Shown: in pieces, positions 56,780 to 64,000 of the stretch
Layout of the letters: every line of letters starts with the position of its first letter
Numbering within the stretch: the first letter of the stretch is position 1
Assembly (NCBI GenBank): GCA_963663235.2
Contig: CAXXNO010000006.1
Span: forward strand, 224,001 to 288,000
DNA: 64,000 nt
Source of the DNA: Dehalococcoidia bacterium
Lineage (GTDB): Bacteria > Chloroflexota > Dehalococcoidia > Bin125
Direction: 5' to 3'
Position numbers and translations under genes: made by a program
Notes under the pieces: model-generated
Seen by the model: only the letters and a program-made list of their open reading frames with translations
The model's database searches: none
What the model was told of the DNA's origin: nothing

Positions 56780-57050
56780 GTGATCGTGCACCCGCCGTCG
56801 AACGCCGCCACAAGCTTATCGCCGTCAGCCAGCTCCGCCCAGGCACCCCTGTGGCACCCGAAGCCTTCTACTTACCGCTGCTTCCTCTCGGATCTGACGG
56901 AGTTCGCAGCGCTTCGCCGCACAGGACCCAGGCATCAACACCGCTTGGCGCCGACAGTTCTCATCGCGGACGCCCTCGGGCGGGAATTCGACCCCGCTGA
57001 AGCGGATTGCGGGTACAGGGCACCGCTGGCTCCCCGTCTAGCACGACCAC
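56780..57050 (-). ncRNA. ffs: large (Alu-domain-containing) SRP RNA
   Basis: GTCAGATCCGAGAGGAAGCAGC domain IV; 5' GTGCTAGACGGGGAG...GCGGTGCCCTGTACCCGCAATCCGC Alu; complementary ends; TACAGT -10. Confidence 0.93.
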
Positions 57051-57199
57051 CCGCACTGTATCGCCGGCTAGCAGAATTGGTCAAACAGGCATCAGCCTAA
57101 CCGAAGCGCAAAAGAGCGTCCCGCCGAGGAGAGCCGTTTGCCGCTCCTCAAGAGCCGAGGATAGACTGAATGTTCAGCGGATCAGACGGAGAGAGGCCG

Positions 57200-58669
57200 A
57201 TGCGCGTCGTTTCATTGGGCTTCGCGCTGCCGAACCAGAGCGTCGATAACCACTCGATCGCGAACGCGCCTTCGCTCTTCGAGTACGACGCATGCTTCAT
57301 CGATCCGCGGGCGGTGTCGCGGCAGATCGAAGAGATCGTCGCGGGGACCAGCGAGCACCGCACCGCGGACGCCGCGCCCGTGCTGGCCGGCGCCAGCGGC
57401 GCGTTCCACTACGGCCTGGCGGAGTTGCTCCAGCAGCGCCGGCAGGAGTTGGTGCGGCTGCTCGATCGCGGTGGGCTGGTGGTGCTTCTCGGCTACCCCA
57501 ACGTGCCGCATCCATCGGTGAGCGCGCTGCCCGGCGCGGACCGTTACACCATCCTGCCCGGCGCGCCCGGCGTGCTCTACCGCCCACCGCAGTTGCTGGC
57601 CGGGGCGGGGTCCGGGGTGCGGCCGGTGGACCCGACCCACCCGTTCAGCGTGTACATCGACGATCTTGCGGGGAAGCTGCGCTACCAGGCGCATTGGGAT
57701 GTGGCCCAGGTCCCCGAGTTCGACAGCGTTGGCACGGTGATCGCACGCAGCCACGGGGGCGCGGCGGTCGCGGTGGAGTTCCGGGTGGGGCCCGGGCGGG
57801 TGGTGTTCGTGCCGCCGCCGGCCACGGAGCCACGGGGGGAAACGCGGCGCGCCTTGACCGCCGCGGTGCTGGAGAGCATTACCCGCAGCCTGGAGGGCAG
57901 CGACGGCGAGGAAGCGCCGGCTTGGAGCCAGAGCTACGGCCTGCCGGGGCTGGCGGAGGCGCGCGAACGGGTCGAGGCGGCCGAGAGCGCGTTCGCCGAA
58001 ACGGAAAGCCGGTTGGTGGAGGCGCGGGCGGCGCTGGCGGACGTGGCGCGGTTTCAGGGGCTGCTCTGGCGTCAGGGGCCATACGGCTTCGCGCCGCTGG
58101 TGCGCGACGCCTTCCGGGCGCTGGGCTTCAGCGTGACCCCAGACTTGCAGCAGCCCGCGGAGCTGAAGGACGGCGACGAGATCGCGCTGCTGGAGGTGGA
58201 CGCGTCCGCGCACACGGTCAAGGAGCAGAGCTACCTCAAGCTGCAGCGACGGATTGAGGAGGAGTTCCTGCGCAGCGGCGTGCGGCGCAAGGGCGTGATC
58301 GCGGTCAACGGCAAGCGGCGAGTCGATCCCAAGAACCGCGCGGAGCCGTACTCCAAGACGCTGACCAATGCCTGCGAGAGCTTCGGCTACGCGCTGATCA
58401 CGGGCGACTCGCTGTTCACGCTGACGACGTACGCGCTGGAAGACGCCGAGGCCGAGACGCTGGCGGAGATCCGGCAGACGATCCTCAACGCCGAGGGCGT
58501 GCTGGTGGTGGAGGAGCGCGACGAGGCCGTCGCGGATGCGGACGACGAGGCGGAGCCCGAGGCGGCGGAGGAAGAGCCCGCGGCGGTCCCGACCGACGAG
58601 CCTCCGGCGCCGGTGGAAGCGGCGGTGGCGGGGGCGTCGGAGGACGGGGGGTCGGGGGAGGGGGGCTAG
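57200..58669 (+). CDS. hypothetical protein with coiled coil and degenerate restriction-endonuclease-like C-terminal domain
   Basis: RBS GGAGAGAGG; ...RALGF.V...LLEVDA...LQRRIEE...KGVIAVN..R..P..R pattern; acidic tail. Confidence 0.7.
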   Translation: MRVVSLGFALPNQSVDNHSIANAPSLFEYDACFIDPRAVSRQIEEIVAGTSEHRTADAAPVLAGASGAFHYGLAELLQQRRQELVRLLDRGGLVVLLGYPNVPHPSVSALPGADRYTILPGAPGVLYRPPQLLAGAGSGVRPVDPTHPFSVYIDDLAGKLRYQAHWDVAQVPEFDSVGTVIARSHGGAAVAVEFRVGPGRVVFVPPPATEPRGETRRALTAAVLESITRSLEGSDGEEAPAWSQSYGLPGLAEARERVEAAESAFAETESRLVEARAALADVARFQGLLWRQGPYGFAPLVRDAFRALGFSVTPDLQQPAELKDGDEIALLEVDASAHTVKEQSYLKLQRRIEEEFLRSGVRRKGVIAVNGKRRVDPKNRAEPYSKTLTNACESFGYALITGDSLFTLTTYALEDAEAETLAEIRQTILNAEGVLVVEERDEAVADADDEAEPEAAEEEPAAVPTDEPPAPVEAAVAGASEDGGSGEGG

Positions 58670-58759
58670 CGCGTGACGGCGCAGCCGCGGTCATCACCTC
58701 AGCCTCTCATCGTGCGGCGGTGGACGTGGGAGCACGGCCTCTCCGCGCCGCGCTGATCC

Positions 58760-60610
58760 CTAACGCTCGTCGAGGCGGAGGACGGCGAGGAAGGCCTCCT
58801 GGGGGATCTCGACGTTGCCGACGCGCTTCATGCGCTTCTTGCCCGCGGCCTGCCTGGCCAGGAGCTTGCGCTTGCGGGAGACGTCGCCGCCGTAGCACTT
58901 GGCCAGCACGTTCTTGCGGGAGGCCTTGACCGTCTCGCGGGCGACGATGCGGCCACCGATGGCCGCCTGGATAGGGACGTCGAAGAGTTGCCGCGGGATC
59001 AGTGAGCGCAGCCGCTGGACCAAGAGGCGCCCGTGGGCGGCGGCGCGGTCCGCGTGGACGATGCTGGAGAGGGCATCGACGGGCTCGCCGTTGACCAGCA
59101 CCTCCAGCTTCACGAGTTTGGCGGCGCGGTAGTCGATGGGGGTGTAGTCGAGGCTGGCGTAGCCCTGGGTACGGGACTTCAGCTCGTCGTAGAAGTCGAC
59201 CAGGATATCCGAGAGCGGCGCCTCGTACTCCAGCAGCACGCGCTGGCGCCCGGCCTCCGCCGCCTGCGCCGCCTCCGCCCCGCGCTCCAGGTACTCCATC
59301 TTGTCGAAGCGGCCGCGCCGCCCGGTGACCATCTCCATCACGGCCCCCACGTGGCGGTCCGGGGTGATCACGCTGATGCGCACCCAGGGCTCGCGCACCT
59401 CGGCGATGCGGCTGGGGTCCGGCAGATCGGCCGGGTTATCGATGCGGCGCACGTCGCCGGCGGTGGTTTGCACCTCATACTCGACGGAGGGGGCCGTGAA
59501 GACGAGCTCGACGTCGTACTCGCGCTCCAAACGCTCCTGGACGATCTCCATGTGCAGCAGGCCGAGGAAGCCCATGCGAAAGCCGAAGCCGAGGGCAGGC
59601 GAGCTCTCCGGCTGGTAGTGGAGGGAAGCGTCGCTGAGGCGGAGCTTCTGCAGCGCGGCCTGGAGCGTGGGGTAGTCGCTGGACTGGGCAGGGTAGAGGC
59701 CGGCGAAGACCATGGGCTTGGCCTCGGCATAGCCGGGCAGGGGGGTGGAGGCGGGGCGCGTCCGCTCGGTGATGGTGTCGCCGACGCGCACCTCGCCGAC
59801 GTCCTTGAGGCCGGTGGCGACGTAGCCCACCTCCCCCGCCTGGAGCCGGGGAAGCGCCGTGAGTTGCGGGCGGAAGGTCCCGACTTCCAGGGGCTCCAAG
59901 CGTCGCTGCGAGGCGAAGAGGCGCAGGGGCACACCGGCCGCGATGGAGCCGTCCACCACGCGCACGTAGGCCACCACACCTTTGTAGGAGTCGTATTCGG
60001 AATCGAAGATGAGCGCGCGGAGCGGGGCGCTTGGATCGCCGCGGGGCGGCGGGACGCGCTCGACGATCGCATCGAGCAACGCGGGCACGCCCTCCCCGGT
60101 CTTGGCGGAGACGTACAGCACGTCGCGGGCATCGAAGCCCATCACATCCACCAGCTCGCGCGTGACCTGTTCGGGCTGCGCCACCGGAAGGTCGATCTTG
60201 TTCACGACGGGGATGATGGTGAGATTTTGCTCGAGAGCGAGGTAGACATTGGCCAGCGTCTGGGCCTGGATGCCCGCGGCGGCGTCCACCACCAGCAGCG
60301 CGCCCTCGACGGCGGCCAAGGTGCGCGACACCTCGTAGGTGAAGTCGACGTGGCCGGGCGTGTCCACCAGGTTCAGCTGCAGCGGTGCGCCGTCGGGAGG
60401 GGCGTAGGTCATGCGCACCGCCCGGGCCTTGATGGTGATGCCCTTCTCCCGCTCCAAGTCCATGAAGTCGAGCACCTGGTCGGCCATGTCGCGCGGGCCG
60501 ACGGTGCCGGTGATCTCCAGCATGCGGTCCGCCAGGGTCGATTTCCCGTGGTCGATGTGGGCGATGATGCAGAAGTTGCGGACGCGGTTGCGAGAGGGAT
60601 CGCGCTCCAT
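58760..60610 (-). CDS. lepA: translation elongation factor 4
   Basis: [52 protein letters not shown]. Confidence 0.98.
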   Translation of the reverse strand: MERDPSRNRVRNFCIIAHIDHGKSTLADRMLEITGTVGPRDMADQVLDFMDLEREKGITIKARAVRMTYAPPDGAPLQLNLVDTPGHVDFTYEVSRTLAAVEGALLVVDAAAGIQAQTLANVYLALEQNLTIIPVVNKIDLPVAQPEQVTRELVDVMGFDARDVLYVSAKTGEGVPALLDAIVERVPPPRGDPSAPLRALIFDSEYDSYKGVVAYVRVVDGSIAAGVPLRLFASQRRLEPLEVGTFRPQLTALPRLQAGEVGYVATGLKDVGEVRVGDTITERTRPASTPLPGYAEAKPMVFAGLYPAQSSDYPTLQAALQKLRLSDASLHYQPESSPALGFGFRMGFLGLLHMEIVQERLEREYDVELVFTAPSVEYEVQTTAGDVRRIDNPADLPDPSRIAEVREPWVRISVITPDRHVGAVMEMVTGRRGRFDKMEYLERGAEAAQAAEAGRQRVLLEYEAPLSDILVDFYDELKSRTQGYASLDYTPIDYRAAKLVKLEVLVNGEPVDALSSIVHADRAAAHGRLLVQRLRSLIPRQLFDVPIQAAIGGRIVARETVKASRKNVLAKCYGGDVSRKRKLLARQAAGKKRMKRVGNVEIPQEAFLAVLRLDER

Positions 60611-60674
60611 GCGGACGTGATCGTATCACCTTCGCGCGGCAGGGAGAGGCGGCGCAGGCCACCAGCGCGCAGGC

Positions 60675-61784
60675 TCAGACGATGCTCTCCTCAGCGCGAT
60701 GGCAGGTCACGCCGTGGCCGGGGCGCAGCTCCCGCCACTCGGGCTCGACCGTGCGGCAGATATCGATGGCGAGCGGACAGCGGGTGTGGAAGGTGCAGCC
60801 AGGCGGGGGGTGGAGGGGGCTGGGGATGTCGCCGGAGAGCACGATGCGCTCGCGGCGGCGCTCCAGGCCCGGGTCAGGGATGGGCACGGCGGACAGCAGC
60901 GCCTGCGTGTAGGGATGCAGCGGGTTGCGGTAAAGCGCTTCGCTGTCCGCCAGCTCCACGATCTTGCCCAGGTACATCACCGCCACCCGGTGGCTGATAT
61001 GGCGGACCACCGCCAAGTCGTGGGAGATGAAGAGGAAGGTGAGATGGAAGCGATCCTGCAAATCCTGCAGGAGGTTGATGATCTGCGCCTGGATCGAGAC
61101 ATCGAGTGCGGAGAGAGGTTCGTCCGCCACCACGAACCAAGGCTCCACCGCCAAGGCGCGCGCGATCCCCACCCGCTGGCGCTGCCCGCCGGAGAACTCG
61201 TGGGGGAAGCGCCCCGCGAGGTGCGGGTTGAGGCCCACCGTCTCCAGCAGCTGCGCGACGCGCTCCTTGCGCCTGCCCTTGTGGAGCCCGTGGATGGCGA
61301 GCGGCTCCCCGACGATCCCGCCCACCGTCATGCGCGGGTTCAGGGAGGCGTAAGGGTCCTGGAAGATCATCTGCATGCGGCGGCGGTAGGCACGGAGCCG
61401 CCGGCCTTTGAGCGTCGTGAGGTCCACGCGGCCGTCCGGCGCGGCGGCGGTGGCGTCGCGGCGCTGGTGCAACCAGACGTGTCCCGCGGTGGGCCGGTAG
61501 AGCTGCAGAATCGCCCGGCCGGCGGTGGTCTTGCCGCAGCCGGACTCGCCGACGAGGCCGAGCGTCTCGCCGTCGCGGATGGTGAACGAGATCCCGTCGA
61601 CGGCCTTGCTGTCGGCCACCTTGCGCTGAAACAAGATGCCGGACCTGACCGGGAAGTAGAGTTTCAGATCCTCGACCTGGATTAGCGGCTGATTGCTGGG
61701 TCCCGTGCGAGGGGCAGGCGGAGCGGAAGCCCTAGCGTCCGCGGTCACAGGCGCCGCAGCGTCGGCGGATGCATCGGCGGTCAT
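60675..61784 (-). CDS. oppF: oligopeptide/dipeptide ABC ATPase (OppF-type)
   Basis: [30 protein letters not shown]. Confidence 0.9.
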   Translation of the reverse strand: MTADASADAAAPVTADARASAPPAPRTGPSNQPLIQVEDLKLYFPVRSGILFQRKVADSKAVDGISFTIRDGETLGLVGESGCGKTTAGRAILQLYRPTAGHVWLHQRRDATAAAPDGRVDLTTLKGRRLRAYRRRMQMIFQDPYASLNPRMTVGGIVGEPLAIHGLHKGRRKERVAQLLETVGLNPHLAGRFPHEFSGGQRQRVGIARALAVEPWFVVADEPLSALDVSIQAQIINLLQDLQDRFHLTFLFISHDLAVVRHISHRVAVMYLGKIVELADSEALYRNPLHPYTQALLSAVPIPDPGLERRRERIVLSGDIPSPLHPPPGCTFHTRCPLAIDICRTVEPEWRELRPGHGVTCHRAEESIV

Positions 61785-62818
61785 GGAGCGGGGCTGCCGG
61801 GTGAGGCGACGGCCGCCCCAGGGGCGCGCTGCTCCATGGCGGCCGCCAGCACCTGGTCCGCGTGGTGGCAGGCGGCGAAGTGGCCTTGGGCCTGCTCACG
61901 GAGATCGGGCCGCTCGTCGCGGCAGACGTCGGTCGCGAAGCGGCAGCGGGGGGCGAACTCACAGCCGGGCGGCAGGTTGATGGGGTCGGGTGGCACGCCT
62001 TCGATGGGGACCAGCCGAGCCAGGCCCGCGTCGAGGCGGGGCACCGACTCCAGCAGCCCGAGGGTGTAGGCGTGCCGCGGGCGGGCGAAGATCTCGGCGG
62101 CCGGCGCGCTCTCGATGATGCGCCCCGCGTACATCACGTGCACGCGGTCGGCGTAGCGGGCGACGACGCCAAGGTTGTGGGTGATGAGGATCACCGCGGC
62201 CCCGAGCTCGTGGGTCAAACGGGCCAGGAGCTCCAACACCTGCGCTTGGATGGTGACGTCCAGGGCGGTGGTGGGCTCGTCGGCGAGGAGGATCTTGGGA
62301 TCGCAGGAGAGGGCCATGGCGATCATGACTCGCTGGCGCATGCCGCCCGAAAACTGATGCGGGTAATCGTTGAGACGTTCCTCGGCGGAGGGGATCCCCA
62401 CCATCTCGAGCAGCTCGGCGGCGCGTCTCCTGGCCGCCGCGCCCTTCATGCCCTTGTGCAGCTCCAGCGCCTCCGTGATCTGCCGGCCGACGGTCATCAC
62501 CGGGTTCAAGGAGGTCATGGGCTCCTGGAAGATCATGGCGATCTCGTTGCCGCGGATCTGACGCAGACGGGCATCGTCCACGCGCAGGATGTCCTCGTCT
62601 TGGAATCGCACCTCGCCGCCCACAATGCGGCCGGGCGGGCTGGGGATGAGGCGCAGGAGCGAGAGGGCGGCCACGCTCTTGCCGCTTCCGCTCTCGCCGA
62701 CGAGTCCGACGGTCTCGCCCTCCAGCAGGTCAAAGAAGAGGCCGTTCACCGCCTTGACCTCGCCCGCGGCGGTGAAGAAGGAGGTGCGCAGGTCCATGAT
62801 CTCAAGGAGTTTCGTCAT
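61781..62818 (-). CDS. oppD: oligopeptide/dipeptide ABC ATPase (OppD-type)
   Basis: [31 protein letters not shown]. Confidence 0.9.
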   Translation of the reverse strand: MTKLLEIMDLRTSFFTAAGEVKAVNGLFFDLLEGETVGLVGESGSGKSVAALSLLRLIPSPPGRIVGGEVRFQDEDILRVDDARLRQIRGNEIAMIFQEPMTSLNPVMTVGRQITEALELHKGMKGAAARRRAAELLEMVGIPSAEERLNDYPHQFSGGMRQRVMIAMALSCDPKILLADEPTTALDVTIQAQVLELLARLTHELGAAVILITHNLGVVARYADRVHVMYAGRIIESAPAAEIFARPRHAYTLGLLESVPRLDAGLARLVPIEGVPPDPINLPPGCEFAPRCRFATDVCRDERPDLREQAQGHFAACHHADQVLAAAMEQRAPGAAVASPGSPAP

Positions 62819-62860
62819 GGGTCCCGGCCTTGCAGAGGCATCGCCGTGCGGGCGGCTGGG

Positions 62861-62945
62861 TGGTGGGGAAGGGGAGATTCGAACTCCCACGCCTTGCGGC
62901 ACATGATCCTAAATCATGCTCGTCTGCCAGTTCCGACACTTCCCC
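62861..62945 (-). tRNA. tRNA-Leu(TAG)
   Basis: Cloverleaf with long variable arm; anticodon stem CATGA/TCATG; encoded CCA. Confidence 0.95.
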
Positions 62946-62980
62946 AGGTCCGGGCGCGGAGCGCCGGCCCGGGAGGGATG

Positions 62981-63056
<76 letters not shown>

Positions 63057-63199
63057 ACGCCGACCGGCCTCCCGCCGATCCTAGCATCGCGCGGGCCATC
63101 GAGCGGGCGCCGGGGCGGCCGTGGCGTTTCATCCGGGCCCGGGGGCGGGCAAATTGACCCCTTCGCCGAGCCGTTGTTAGCATCGAGCGGACGATGCGC

Positions 63200-63276
63200 G
63201 GGCGGTTAGCTCAGTCGGCTAGAGCGCTGCGTTGACATCGCAGAGGTCACTGGTTCGAGTCCAGTATCGCCCACCA
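63200..63276 (+). tRNA. tRNA-Val(GAC)
   Basis: CTGCG-TT-GAC-AT-CGCAG anticodon arm, TTCGAGT loop, CCA. Confidence 0.96.
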
Positions 63277-63347
63277 CCGGCCGTTTCCCTCGCCCCGGAG
63301 ACGCGACGCCAGCGGTCCCTTCTCAGGAAGGGCGTGAAGGGTTGACG

Positions 63348-64000
63348 ATGGCGCAAGCGACCCCCGACACGGCCCCAGCGGACCGCGACGAGCGGCTGCG
63401 ACGGATGCGCCACTCAGCGGCGCACGTGCTGGCGCAGGTGGTCCTGGAGATGTTTCCGGACGGCAAGCTGGCGATCGGGCCGCCCATCGACACGGGCTTC
63501 TACTACGATTTTCTGCTCCCGCGGTCGCTCACGCCGGACGACCTGGCGATCATCGAGCGGCGGATGCGCGAAGAGATGGCGAAGGCGCATGCGTTCGTGT
63601 GGCGGCTGGTGCCGACGGCGGAAGCGCGGGCGCGGTACGCGGAGCAGCCGTTCAAACTGGAACTGATCGACGAATTCGGCGAGGACCAGGTGGGGCTGTG
63701 CACGCACGCGGATTTCACCGATCTCTGTCGCGGCGGGCACGTGGGCGATACGTCCGAGATCGGGCCGTTCAAGATCATGCACGTGGCCGGCGCGTACTGG
63801 CGGGGCGACGAGAAGCGGCCGCAACTCCAGCGCGTGTACGGCGCGCTCTTCGAGACGCAGGAGGAGATTGAGGCCTACCTGCGGCATCTGGAGGAAGCGG
63901 AGCGGCGCGACCATCGACGGCTGGGGCGCGAGTTGGATCTCTTCTCGCTGCAGGACGACGTCGGTCCGGGGCTGGTTCTGTGGCACCCCAAGGGGGCGCG
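63348..64000 (+). CDS. thrS: threonine--tRNA ligase (5' partial, runs off the window)
   Basis: RHSAAHVLA, IGPPI..GFYYDF, DLCRGGHV, GAYWRGD, LQRVYG, RDHRRLG. Confidence 0.95.
   Translation, partial: MAQATPDTAPADRDERLRRMRHSAAHVLAQVVLEMFPDGKLAIGPPIDTGFYYDFLLPRSLTPDDLAIIERRMREEMAKAHAFVWRLVPTAEARARYAEQPFKLELIDEFGEDQVGLCTHADFTDLCRGGHVGDTSEIGPFKIMHVAGAYWRGDEKRPQLQRVYGALFETQEEIEAYLRHLEEAERRDHRRLGRELDLFSLQDDVGPGLVLWHPKGA

Noticed and set aside
56720-57060. RNase P RNA or riboswitch
   Set aside because: Fully explained by the large SRP RNA motifs
59033-60997. 654-aa plus-strand ORF
   Set aside because: Antisense shadow of lepA

Overview
High-GC bacterial chromosomal window with about 55 genes, mostly core genome. 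The tmRNA tag GEKELALAA, an Alu-containing large SRP RNA, a Tat-exported family-5 binding protein, multiple amidohydrolases and the lack of outer-membrane genes suggest Chloroflexota, probably Dehalococcoidia-like (inference). Recognisable housekeeping genes: dinB, fabD, ctpA, smpB-ssrA, mutL, mutS, nuoE/nuoF-like, ftsY, smc, rnc, a tRNA nucleotidyltransferase, exonuclease-DinG, ispE, rsmA, ffs, lepA, oppD/F-type ATPases, three tRNAs and the start of thrS. No CRISPR array, integrase, transposase or prophage was seen. Main observations: (1) a likely serine palmitoyltransferase-led (sphingolipid-type) operon at the left edge; (2) a stop-free NuoF-MutS fusion that depends on one base in a G7 run beside a G-quadruplex-like 42-bp repeat; (3) at least four genes that appear to start at CUG, including mutS and mutL; (4) a PHD-finger-like (C4HC3) small protein coupled to the tRNA nucleotidyltransferase; (5) several apparent pseudo-enzymes (RlpA-like, PD-(D/E)xK-like, Cys-stripped HydB-like); (6) a solute-binding protein coupled to an MMPL transporter. 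All calls come from motif recognition by eye; no searches or computations were run.
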